Shown here piece by piece: positions 26,884 to 38,564 of a DNA stretch of 64,000 nucleotides; positions within the stretch are counted from its first letter, which is position 1, and each line of letters starts with the position of its first letter. Origin of the DNA: Podarcis cretensis (Eukaryota); the NCBI GenBank assembly GCA_951804945.1, contig OX638149.1, positions 59,892,001-59,956,000 of the forward strand. The letters run 5' to 3'. The notes beneath the pieces were generated by a model that was not told the origin of the DNA, searched no databases, and saw only the letters and a list, made by a program, of their open reading frames with translations. A program made the position numbers and the translations under genes.

Positions 26884-28074
26884 CTAGATAGATAAAATAA
26901 CACAAGGTGTTACCGAGATAATGTTTTTGTCCTGGAGGAGGTTTAAAGTGAATTTATATATTTAAGAGAGAGTAGCTAGAGGTCTTCTTTCCCTTGCCAA
27001 CTCAATGTACGAGTAGGATTTTTTTTAAATGGTGGGAAAATATTAGTACACAAAGCTGCAGTCATAAGGACTCATTAAACTGAGATGAATTAAAACTACA
27101 TGTTTAGGACATTTATTTTGCAATTTCTACTCTGCTACTTGGTTCCACAGTGCCTTGAGAATGCTACTGTATAGAACTCAGCAAATATTCACTATAGTCC
27201 AATTTACACAAAACAGAAATGCACAAGAAGAAATACTGCTAATCTTATGAGTGCAAACTTAAGAGGCAGCTGTTTATACCAAACAAAAAACAAAACAAAA
27301 AATAGTAGTGTTTTGCCACATCAGCAGTTACTAGTTCTATCATCCAGATTTCCTGCTGGATGCAATAAATTGTCTGAGCCAAGGTATTCACATGATATAT
27401 TTGTAGTTTTTTTATATTTTTAAGTTATGAACCACCTTGAGATCTACGGATGAAGGGCAATATATAAATTTAATAAATAAACAAATAATCATAGGTAGCT
27501 AGTCATGTTAATGATTGTTCTATACTGCTTTTAATGGTTGTTACACTTCTAAATTGTACATATCTATATATTACAGAGGTACTGTATTTATAGACATATA
27601 TAAATACTTGTACAAATAAGATTATTTAGATGATTTATTGAAATGATTGATATACCACCGTTTGCACAAGCCACAGGTTTACAGTAAAGAAAACAAATCA
27701 AAATCCATAACATCCATAAACACAACACAATCCTTATGAAGGAACTTGTGTGCTGTGAAGTTAGTTCAGAACTTTAATACAACTGTGTATTCTCACACAG
27801 GCCTTCCTTAAGTAATCAACTTTAGGTTTATTTATTTCATAGGCGTCAGCTGCAGTGGGATTTTTTTTTATTTGATTCTAAGGAAAGGAAGGATATAAAA
27901 GTAACAAAATAAACAAAACAAAAAGACAGAATAAAGAGAAAGGGAAGAGGATTTTTTTACTTCTAAAAGTTGAAGGCTTCCGTTTATGCAGGGATACTGA
28001 AGTATACTAAAAGGCTCAGACTTAAAGAAGGCCAACCCAAAACAATTTCATGGAATAAAATTTAAAATAAAAAC

Positions 28075-28185
28075 CTTTCTGTGATTCATGTTTTTCAGTT
28101 TTGCCCTGGTATTCAAAGCCAACAGCACTTTTGTCCACTTTCTCCTTGTCCACGCCATATTTACCACCAAAACCTTTGGAATAAT
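28075..28185 (-). CDS. CTTN: Cortactin coding exon 7 (111-nt repeat exon)
   Basis: (D)[36 protein letters not shown]; cag/gttttt. Confidence 0.97.
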
Positions 28186-29109
28186 CTGGAGATGGGACGG
28201 GGGGGAAATAAAAAAATCATCATAGCAGTGCAAACTAAGACACTAAGTTCTTTCTATTGATAGCTCTTTGGCTAGCAGTGGTCAGTTCACACATTCTCCT
28301 GCTCATCACTCCAACTGAGTATTCAAGTGCTGACTTGCATGTGTGAAAGAGCCATCACTACCCAACCACCACAGAGGACACTTTCACATCACAAGACATC
28401 GAGTTCATCCGTATTTAAAAAAAAAAAAAATGGAGAAGGAAAAGAGAAGTGGTTTTTTATTCCCTGAGAAACGACCTGCTGGAGAACAAATGCTTGCAGT
28501 AGCTTCTCACTGCCTCCTGCAAAAACTGAACAGAAACAGAAAGAGACTGGTTTCTTCCACAGAGAATAAAAGTACATAATTCCTCTCATGGTTTTGCAGA
28601 AAGGAGCAGCAGCAGCAAAAACAAAAATATGCAAACAAAAGCCTAACTACCTCTTATCCCTGGCAAACACCCCCCCCACCCCCCATACCAGAGAATTGGG
28701 AATAAGAGGTCATTTTCCACAAACAAGCAATTAAGGGTTTGTTGGTTGGTTGATTTTTTTGGAAACCCATTACCAAGCTTTTGAAAAGAGACACTTTTTC
28801 TTGGTTTTCCACCACTGCAGCCGGAACTCAGAATTTAGAATCTGCAGGTATTAAGATTTTCGATGAAATCTACTAGATAAGCTTCTCACCTCCTCTAACG
28901 ACAACTCTGGATTGAAGAGAACTCCTGTGTTAGCTAAACCGTGAGAATTCTCAAACACAAAAGGAATGTTATTTGTTGAGTTGATGCTATAAAAATGAGT
29001 TGCTGCCCTATTTTTTAAAGAGGGGAATTTTTTTTTTTACAAATTTACCATCATAGCACAAGCTCCTGAAATTTTAAAAAATGCACAGAATATAATGTAA
29101 GTAATAAAC

Positions 29110-29220
29110 CTTTCTGCGATTCATGCTTCTCTGTTTTCCCTTGGTAGTCAAATCCCAATGCGCTCTTGTCGACCCTGTCAGCCTGTACTCCATATTTCCC
29201 GCCAAATCCACTTGAGTAGT
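29110..29220 (-). CDS. CTTN: Cortactin coding exon 6 (111-nt repeat exon)
   Basis: (D)[36 protein letters not shown]; cag/gtttat. Confidence 0.97.
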
Positions 29221-29648
29221 CTGAAAAACAAGCACATTGAAATAATGTCAGAAACTGCATGGATGCCAGTTGAACAATTCTGAAGATGATGCTAATTAGT
29301 AGCACCTCCTTCAATAATTACCTCCCTGCCACCCTTATAACTATGAAAAGAGTAGTTTGAAGCATGCTAAAGAGTAAATATTTGGCATTTATGCAATAGT
29401 CACAGTTACAGTAACTTTACTGAAGGATATCTGATATGTTAGGGGTAAGGCCTAGACTGTATACTGCCACGCTCTTCACATGATTTTGACGTGTGAAGGA
29501 AATGAATGCCTTAATAAGGCTTCCATCTGAGTGGCTATTCAGTTAGGAATAGTTAGGAATAGACTCAATACTTAGGTACTAAACACAAATGATATTCTGT
29601 AGAAAGTCTCTTGTAACAAAAGATCCTCTTGTTTAAAGGGTCCTTTAC

Positions 29649-29703
29649 CTTTCTGAGAAGCATGTTTCTCGGTTTTCCCCTGGTATTCAAATCCCACAGC
29701 AGA
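29649..29703 (-). CDS. CTTN: Cortactin coding exon 5
   Basis: [18 protein letters not shown]; cag/gtaaag; 55 nt. Confidence 0.97.
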
Positions 29704-29906
29704 CTGCAGAAATAAAAAAAATGAAAATTATTTGAATAAAAATAAAATAAAAATAAAAAGTATTACAAGAGTATTCTAAATGAAGAAGCACCCCCAAATG
29801 ACATTTACATGTGAACCATCTTAATACAGCCACATCAACACCTACACTATAAAAATGTAGGAGGCAGCTATCAAACGCATTTCTAGAAATACAGGAAGTC
29901 GTTTAC

Positions 29907-30017
29907 CTGGTCAACCCTATCGACTTGCACACCAAACTTCCCACCAAAACCTTTCACCGAGTCCACCTGGGAACAGTGCTGAGAAAGCTTAGACTGATAT
30001 TCATGACCAACAGCTGA
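29907..30017 (-). CDS. CTTN: Cortactin coding exon 4
   Basis: [37 protein letters not shown]; tag/gtaaac; 111 nt. Confidence 0.97.
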
Positions 30018-33000
30018 CTAGAAGAACAAGAAAAGACACATTTTATATAAACATGTGCAACAATTAACTTCCACCTAGAGGAAGGAAAAACCTATTCATT
30101 CAACACAAAATTGAACAAGTACTATGGTTACTGGGTCCTCCCTGTGGAAACTGTAGTTTGTATAAGCCAAATGACATCAGAAAGCTAAGGGCGTCAATGA
30201 ACAATTAAGAGCGCTTTTAAGATTATTCAAACAAGTTAAACCACGGCTGCTCTGTATTTCTAAGAAAACACATAACTTTAAAAGTTCAACCTTGGTTGCC
30301 TTTTCTACTTAAATTGTACAAGACAAGCAAAGATTGCAGTCTTGTCTCCATGTATATTGGAGGGTGGGGGACCTTTTTGGCCAGATCTTTATCTCCCCCA
30401 TGCCAGAAAGCCACCTCTGACAGGTGGATGGGACCAGCTACTTGTCAGTCATCTGTTGTCATACTGAACTAGATGGGACTGAACTCCCTGTGGATCAGGT
30501 GATGAAGTTGGTGGTTCAGTCCTGCTTTGTGCAGCTTCATCTCTACATGCTTCACACCTGACATCACATATGACATCAGGTGAGCCGGGTTTCAGAGAAA
30601 CAGCCTCCTGGGCCAGTTGCAGGAAGCTGGTGGGCCAAGTCTGGCTTGTGGCCTGGAGGTCCCCATCCAAGATATATATGAACACGATCTCTTCAGCTGA
30701 TATGATTGTAAAAATCCAGCTTTCTTGTTATTTTTACTTTTCCAAATAAGGTTTAAATTTCAAGTTCAAAATGTATTTATAGGTGCAAAGGTTCTTGAGC
30801 AAGTCACTGACAGGGAGTTATTTGTTCATTTCATGGACTGGACTGTTATAGGATGTGTGATCTTTGTTGCATATTTTGTTGTTTCTTCAACTTGGTAAAT
30901 TGCCTTGTGTACAGCAATATAGAAAGGCGGTATACAAATTAAAAGTGAACTGGGGGGGGGTTCCATTACCTCAGCTTATAGGAGTCAGTACTTCCATTTA
31001 CCAAAATATATGCAGACTCAATTGTAAATAGCAAAGGGGGAAAAGCCAATGCACTAGGAGCATCATGGTCTGGAGATGGAAGAAGGCCACAGGAAAGGGA
31101 TAGCCCTTAACCACTACAAACTTCATTTTGAACTATCCTTGTGTGAATGTGGCCCACTTGGTATCTATGAGAAATCAAGCATTTAGTGTGGCTACCCCAT
31201 CAGTGTGGAATGCCCTCCTGATGGAATTCCACCAAAAATCTCTGCTTCTTATTTTTTTAGATGTCTTTCAAAGACTTACTTATGTCAATAGGTTGTTTCA
31301 GCTGGATAAGTTTTATGTGATCGGTCAGATTCTTATGACAGTTTCTGTTCTTTGATGCTTACCGTGACTGTATATGTGCTTTACACTACTTTTTCTATAC
31401 AAGTCGTCAGTATATTAAATATTGTTACAAAGAAAAAGTATAAATAAAATAAAGGCTGCCATTACTGTGTCAGCAGTTATGGCAGCTATTTTACCAGAAA
31501 GCATCTTCCAACTGCAAGAGAATTCAGCTAAAATTGTGCCTTCAGTGTGCACTATGTTGTGTTGTGCTGCTATCCTACAGGAAGCCACCAGACACTCTCT
31601 TCCTTTCCCAAAGTCTCTATCAAGCATTAACAACTTCCTCCACATTTGGTCTCCACATTTGTCTTCCTGCAGAGCAGGAGAGATGCTAAGCACCTTATCA
31701 AACAGGAGCTTTTCTAGCGCACAGTTTGCCATTTCTGAGTTTTTAAAAAAAATAGTAACAGAGTTTTCAGCACGGGAGGAGGTACAACAGGTTTCTATTC
31801 CAAACTGCAATGACCAGAAACAAAATCTATTGGGACTGTGGGATAAACAATTTAATGATTGTACTAGGTTTGCATAAGTCAACCTGCAGATCAGATTTAA
31901 AGAGAAAGAGAGAGTTCTAGTAAAATCATAGCCTCTTTCATCAGCTGAGGTAGTTTCAACTTGACCCAAGAGCTAGTTCCTCAAATCCTGTGTTCAGAAT
32001 TAAGATACTTGGGGATTTTCCTCTTCATCATCTGTCTGCTGAGGTAAGAGCTTGTGGTTGCTGCAACCCACACTCAGTTTTACTAACCACAATTCTCCTT
32101 CATGAATTGTAAGGATCAGAGGCCATTTACCGCATGCCACAATGCAGGCCTAGAGTATTGCAGTGTGTATATTCCACCTGGCACCACACTGACTCATCAA
32201 GCACAGAGGCAACATATCTCTTAGCAAATCTGGCCAATAGCTTTCTGCAATTCTTATTTTAGACTCCTACTACCTCTATGCCTCAATCAATAATAACTTT
32301 TTTTCTTTTAAAGCCAAGAACCCTCAGCATTCTCAATCAATTTCAGTTGTCATTCTAGCCCATTTGAGCACAGAAATGGTCTTGTTTTGCCCTCTGAGAT
32401 CACCTTTCCCAGAAGGCAGTCATGAGGGTTTCATTCCTGTGGGTTCTCCTAAACCTCTCAGCGGCTTCCAAGTCTATCAGCAGTATTACCCTTCTGTCAT
32501 TTCAGCACCAGGCAGGAGGTTTTATTTTTATTTATTTTTAATTCAATTTAGCTTCATATTCTTAGTATGACTTCCCCACCACCACTGTCTTTATACTCTT
32601 AAGTGTTTTGTTATTGAATTTGTTTTAGTTCTTGTCACGGGATGTCCTGAGAACTCTGTTATTGGGCAGTGATAGTGAGGGTCTGTAGAGAGAGGGAGAA
32701 GATGTCAAAGGCTTGATTCATGAATGGAAGAGAAGTCAGCATGAATGTCAATTATGTATGTGAGGTAGACATTTCCTCAATTTAGAAAGTGTACTGGAAA
32801 TATTAAGCACCTTCCCAGGAGCACTTCCCTGCAATTAGAAAGCAAAACTGAGAGCTGGACGGATTGCCAAGTCAAGTCAGACCAACTTTTCCACTATCCC
32901 AAGATCCCTGTCAAAGGAATGCAACAATAGCACCAGACACTCAGAAGCAGAAAGAGGGACAGGACATTTGAGCATGAGGCAGGGTCCAAGAAAGCCTGAC

Positions 33001-33067
33001 GAGGCCCCTGTTTGGCAAATCATGCCTATACACAGCACATCAGCCGTGCAATATCTCCTACACTTAC

Positions 33068-33197
33068 TTTGTCCATGCGGTCTTGTTCCACACCAAATTT
33101 TCCTCCATATCCATGGGAAGCTTTTGGTCCTGTTTGAAGTTCCTTCTCCTTGAGAGTCTGATGCTCTTGGGATACATTCTCCCTCAGCTTATGAATG
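33068..33197 (-). CDS. CTTN: Cortactin coding exon 3
   Basis: [43 protein letters not shown]; aag/gtaagt; 130 nt. Confidence 0.97.
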
Positions 33198-33836
33198 CTT
33201 TTTGAGACAAAACCAATTAAAAACAAGAGAAATTGCAGGAAAAGATGCCACTTTGATCTAGCTCTCGCCTCCTGTGCCATTTTTTCCCTTCAAAACTACA
33301 TCAACTCCTCCCATGATTAAATAAAAATGACTATTTGCATACCCGTTTCAGAATCCTTCTACATTATCCCCACCCCTCTGCACACACATACCTTGCTGCT
33401 TTAAACAGAGGAAGAAACCTAGGGGAGGAGTTCAATGTTGTACTAAGGTTTCAGCATGCCAAACAAAGCAATCCCTCCTCTCCTTCCTCCATGCACTGTT
33501 CTTGAGGTTCACCCAACCCTCCCAGAGCCAATATTGGGGAGCACATAGGGGGTGGGGGGGCAGCCCTGTTGTGCAAAGAAAAGGCAGCTTCTGCTGATGG
33601 GACTCATTAGCTGAATCCAGCCTGAGAAGTCTGCAGTAAGGAAATTCAAATGCTAATACTGCAGTGCATTACACATCCGAAATGCAAAATATTTCAGTGC
33701 TTTCACCATCCTGTCCAGATAGTTCATCAATCATCCAAGATTTTGCAGGGCAAAAATAGGATTTCTTGTGCTGACCAAAGTGCAAGAAGTCACAGGCTAT
33801 ACCCATCATATCATTTATCTCACACTGTGTGGAGCT

Positions 33837-34198
33837 GGGACGCAGGTGGCGCTGTGGGTTAAAGCCTCAGCGCCTAGGACTTGCCGATCGAAAGGTCGGC
33901 GGTTCGAATCCCTGTGGCGGGGTGCGCTCCCACTGCTCGGTCCCAGCGCCTGCCAACCTAGCAGTTCGAAAGCACCTCCGGGTGCAAGTAGATAAATAGG
34001 GACCGCTTACCAGCGGGAAGGTAAACGGCGTTTCTGTGTGCGGCTCTGGCTCGCCAGAGCAGCGATGTCACGCTGGCCACGTGACCCGGAAGTGTCTCCG
34101 GACAGCGCTGGCCCCTGGCCTCTTAAGTGAGATGGGCGCACAACCCCAGAGTCTGTCAAGACTGGCCCGTACCGGCAGGGGTACCTTTACCTTTACCT
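33837..34198 (+). mobile_element. Sauria-type SINE, full-length young copy
   Basis: GGGACGCAGGTGGCGC start, A/B boxes and (ACCTTT)n tail; 11-bp TSD TGTGTGGAGCT / TGTGTAGAGCT (33826-33836, 34199-34209). Confidence 0.95.
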
Positions 34199-34867
34199 TG
34201 TGTAGAGCTGCCTTTAAACTATCTGTCCCACAAATTAATATTGTTATAATTTGGCTATTATTGGGGGAATATTTGAAAACTAATAAATATTTACTTATGA
34301 AAAAAATTAAATTAACCTTCCCTAGTTTATTGCTACCTTCTTAGTAGCTCCTTTTTGCATCTTTTTTTCCACCTTGAATTCATCCTTCTTCACCATGGGT
34401 GACTAAAAATTAAGCACAGTACTCCAGATATGGCCCCAGTCACCTGTAATCCAAAGGGCCACCATTTTCTACTGCCCTAACAGAAGTGCTTGAATGTACC
34501 CTGTTTACAGCCCATGACATTGCTCAGAAAAGGGCCGTTCATCTGACGCTGTTCCTCCTAACAATAAACATGCAGGTGCTGTCTGCCCTGCCACCTTACC
34601 TGATAGTGCAGTCTGCGTTTTTGTACTATTCCAGAGATGGAGCTACTTCAAGCATCAGTGTACAATGCCAGAAGCTATGCTGCTATTATGGCTCACCATG
34701 TTTCTAACATGCCTTTAGGAACAGGCAATTGTCGCAAAAATTTCCAAACTATGTTTTGAAGCATACCATGGACCAAATGACCAGAGCTAAGTAGGAAAAC
34801 TGGTTCCTCAACTGTGTCACATGCTCAAGAAACATTTGTTTTCAATATTTAGAGCAGAAGGCCATTA

Positions 34868-35094
34868 CAGTCATACCTTGATTTTCGAACTTAGTTCTCG
34901 AACATTTTGGCTCCTGAACACTGCAAATGTGGAAATGAGTGTGCCAGTTTGGAAACTATTTTTGAAAGCTGAACATCCAAACAGGGCTTCCACGGCTTCC
35001 GATTGGCTGCAGTAGCTTTCTGCAGCCAATCAGAAGCCATGCTTTGGTTTCCAAACATTTTGGAAGTCGAATGGACTTCCGGAACGGATTCTGT
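34868..35094. mobile_element. Degraded Tc1/mariner-type (Tigger-like) MITE with internal palindrome
   Basis: TA-CAGTCATACCTTG left end; internal inverted repeat GATTGGCTGCAG (35001-35012) / CTGCAGCCAATC (35020-35031); right end eroded. Confidence 0.5.
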
Positions 35095-36053
35095 ACTGAT
35101 GTCTTCATAACCTTCAGATTTAATTACAGCAATACTATCTACCTTTCAAAACTGATCATTAGGTTACCATTCAGATAAGTTACATACGGCTATGTTTTTC
35201 GCCAGCTGCAGGCCCAGCCTTAGACTGAAGTTGAACTCTCACCAGAGAAATAAGAATGGCTGCAAAGCACAGGACTTAGGGCAGAAGATCTGAAATTTTG
35301 CCCTTCTATTTCTGAGACATTGTATGTAGCAATGAAGGTGGTAGCTGGAAGCAGTTATTCACTTCCCTTTAGAACATATAAAAACATATGAGCCCTCACA
35401 GTGACAGCAGTGGGCTGGTGAGCATGCCATTCAATTAATATCTAAACCACAATTAAGAGATTAAGAGTGAGCTGTCAGATAACATGTTTATACCCCCACA
35501 GTCTCTCCCTAAAGCAAATTCCTTACCCAAAGTTAAAGGGCATTTCGACACCGATATTATCAGCAGCTAATGTTAACTACCTGTTTAGCCAAGGATTCTT
35601 GACCAGCTTCAAACTTTGGTTAAGAGCCCTGGGTTAAAAGATGAGGCCCATTACGTGCGCACAGCCTCTGTTTGCTGTTTTTCCAGAGCAAGGCTCTTTT
35701 CAGGCTGAGGACTGCATTCCCTTCAGGGCAATATTTGTGGTGGGTGGGGCCAGAGGCAAAAATGAGAGTAGCAACAGATATGCATTTTAGCTTTGCACAG
35801 CAGGCTAGTTTCTATACATGCATACACTCCACCCTGCAAGAGACATGCTCAGTATTCACATTCTAGCCAGGCAAAAACACTTGAGGAAGGAAGGATGTGG
35901 CTGGGAAGAGACCCAAGGGCCAGATGGAGAGGGCTCAATGGCCATATTTGGTTCCCAGGGCCTAAGGTTCCCCACCTCTGCTCTAGAAATGGAATAACGT
36001 GCCAAAACTATCACCAGAATCACAGTTTTAAGACCATGAAAGAAGTGGCTTAC

Positions 36054-36127
36054 TTGATGTGTTCTTGGTGACCAGATCCCTGCACAGTTTTAGCACCCCA
36101 GCGCTGTTCTTTTTCACTCACATCATT
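36054..36127 (-). CDS. CTTN: Cortactin coding exon 2
   Basis: [24 protein letters not shown](N); cag/gtaagc; 74 nt. Confidence 0.97.
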
Positions 36128-36427
36128 CTGTAAAGTACACAGGAAAGAGAAACAGGTTAAGCAGCAATTACAATTGAACCAGAGCGTTCAGAGGTGAAAG
36201 AGACTTTAAGGTCTGTAACGAAAGCAAATGCTACAATTGCATCCTCCCTGCCTCTTCCCATCTGTCACTGGCCATTTTGGCTAATTTCAATTTCATATCC
36301 TGCCCTCTTCCAACAAGTCCTTCAGCAGGAGAAACATCCAGCTGCTAAAAACCCCCAGTTAAATTCGTTTATTTGTTGCGTACAGACATAAGCATGTCCC
36401 TCCCGATGACTCTCAGACTTTGACTTA

Positions 36428-36650
36428 AGATTCCACCTAAACATTAGGAAGAACTTCCTGACAGTAAGAGCTGTTCGACAGTGGAATTTGCTGCCAAGGA
36501 GTGTGGTGGAGTCTCCTTCTTTGGAGGTCTTTAAGCAGAGGCTTGACAACCATATGTCAGGAGTGCTCTGATGGTGTTTCCTGCTTGGCAGGGGGTTGGA
36601 CTCGATGGCCCTTGTGGTCTCTTCCAACTCTATGATTCTATGATTCTATG
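36428..36650 (+). mobile_element. CR1 LINE, 5'-truncated insertion
   Basis: ORF2 end (aggaagaacttcctgacagtaagagctgttcgacagtggaa), 3' UTR and (ATTCTATG)n tail; TGACTTA present on both flanks as the likely TSD. Confidence 0.9.
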
Positions 36651-36730
36651 ACTTAGCAAGCCCTAAATTACTTGCTTTGCTCTGATTCTAACTAGCATGG
36701 CTAGCATTTAGAGAAAGTTTCTAACCATAC

Positions 36731-36814
36731 CACAAAGTCAGGATCTGTTTCCCAGTCATCAGCACCATCATCTTGGCTGACACTGATAGTGTGGCCTGCA
36801 CTTGCTTTCCACAT
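36731..36814 (-). CDS. CTTN: Cortactin coding exon 1 (start codon; NTA domain with DDW Arp2/3-binding motif)
   Basis: [28 protein letters not shown]; ATG directly follows a cag acceptor; donor gtatgg; 84 nt. Confidence 0.97.
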
Positions 36815-37242
36815 CTGAAATTTCAGAAGAAACAGTGACATTAGAATAAAAAAGGTTTCATACTTGCAGTACAAAATAATTCTGCAAGAATCACATTATT
36901 ATTGTCAGGAAAAATATATAAATTCCACCCAATGAAAAGTTGGTTAATGGCTTTGCTATGGTTAGATACTGCCAACAACTGCAATTCTAAATGGGTGTAC
37001 ATTTAGCTAACCCCACATTGTTGCAAGCTGAATACTCTTGCCATTATTCCACAGCTAGGAATAGTTACTGGCACCATTTCAAAGGAAAAGGAGGAAATTC
37101 ATTCCGGTAAGAGTCAACATGCATATGTTTGATTCATTCATTCATCTGAAACACATTGTGAACCAGCAACAGAAAGGGAGGCTGCTCAGAGAAGGCATGA
37201 CACAAGCTGAACTGTTTAGCCAGCTCACCTCTGCACACTTAC

Positions 37243-37339
37243 TGCAATACAAGGTAGTTTTTGCTTCTACTATTATTTATTGCAATTATGGAAATGGGTG
37301 ATTTTAAAGGTAGCTTCTCTTTATATAAATGAGTTTCAA
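37243..37339 (-). other. CTTN: Candidate non-coding 5' UTR exon of CTTN
   Basis: Acceptor tttttatcccag, donor GCA|gtaagt and a second donor GAG|gtgagc 14 nt further on; no homology support. Confidence 0.35.
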
Positions 37340-38135
37340 CTGGGATAAAAATGGCCATGGGCATTAATTAAAGACATGTGGACATCTGGAGCAATTTCTT
37401 GCCTGCCCACACAGGCAGTTTGAAGACCACCCCAGTTCCATATAGCTCCTCTCCCCACAAAACATACCAGACCAAAAATAAGGCTGCAATGCTCTGTAAG
37501 TCACCCTGAATTCAGCCAGGCTCACTTTAGAGTGTGCGCTTGGGATTACATACAGTTATCAACATTCAGAGAGGATCAGAGGTACTGCACAACCGACAGC
37601 ATTTCAGCCTCTCTTCTTTTGCAGACGCAAGAGATATTGAGTTTTCCTTTCCAGCTCTAACCTTTCTAGTTTTCCACTGAACATGGTTAGCAGCTCAGTG
37701 GCTTTAAATTTCCTATGCAATTTGCTGTTCTGGCCAATTTCTTTCAAACCAGGCTGGAGAGAAACGTTATCCATGAGTCACTGACTCACACAATTTCTGG
37801 AAAAGGGGTAAGGGGGTGTGGAATAGAGAACTCAGACAATCAGACACGCTGGCTACTTTGTTCTACTGATTCTTCAGCAGCCAGAGAGGAATATTATTAC
37901 TGTATCATTATTATATTTGTACCCCACACATCTGACTGGGTTCCCCCAGCCACCCTGGGTGGATTCCAACATATCAAAACATAATAAAACATTAAAAAAA
38001 ATTATCCAGACTGTAATCAAGAAAGGAGGGTGGCATGGAGAGTGTATTTTATACAGCAGGAAAGTAAAAAGTGATGTAGCAAGTCAACCCCAATTGCCTC
38101 AGAAGAATTTGTTCACATTAGCTACCCATCCTATA

Positions 38136-38564
38136 AAGGTAAAGGTAAAGGTACCCCTGCCCGTACGGGCCAGTCTTGACAGACTCTGGGGTTGTGCGCC
38201 CATCTCACTTAAGAGGCCGAGGGCCAGCGCTGTCCGGAGACACTTCCGGGTCACGTGGCCAGCGTGACATCGCTGCTCTGGCCAGAGCCAGAGCCAGAGC
38301 CAGAGCCGCACACAGAAACGCCGTTTACCTTCCCGCTGGTAAGCGGTCCCTATTTATCTACTTGCACCCGGAGGTGCTTTCGAACTGCTAGGTTGGCAGG
38401 CGCTGGGACCGAGCAGCGGGAGCGCACCCCGCCGCAGGGATTCGAACCGCCGACCTTTCGATCGGCAAGCCCTAGGCGCTGAGGCTTTAACCCACAGCGC
38501 CACCTGCGTCCCTGCGCCACCTGCGTCCCTGCGCCACCTGCGTCCCTACGCCACCTGCGTCCCT
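38136..38564 (-). mobile_element. Sauria-type SINE with four tandem copies of its 5' 17-mer
   Basis: (AAAGGT)n at left; full body; RCGCCACCTGCGTCCCT x4 at 38497-38564; 12-bp TSD ACCCATCCTATA (38124-38135, 38566-38577). Confidence 0.95.

Noticed and set aside
30355-30670. Short TIR-like old elements here and near 35.7-36.0, 39.0-39.2, 43.3, 44.8, 56.0-56.4 and 58.5-58.8 kb
   Set aside because: Probably ancient MITE or SINE relics, but ends and TSDs could not be defined by eye; a RepeatMasker run with a squamate library is needed.
31415-31969. Overlapping 184-aa and 151-aa ORFs inside a CTTN intron
   Set aside because: Non-ATG starts, no recognisable motif or splice structure; likely chance ORFs.
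38497-38564. CRISPR-like or satellite array of 17-mers
   Set aside because: No spacers, eukaryotic context, and the units are copies of the SINE 5' end enclosed by its TSD.
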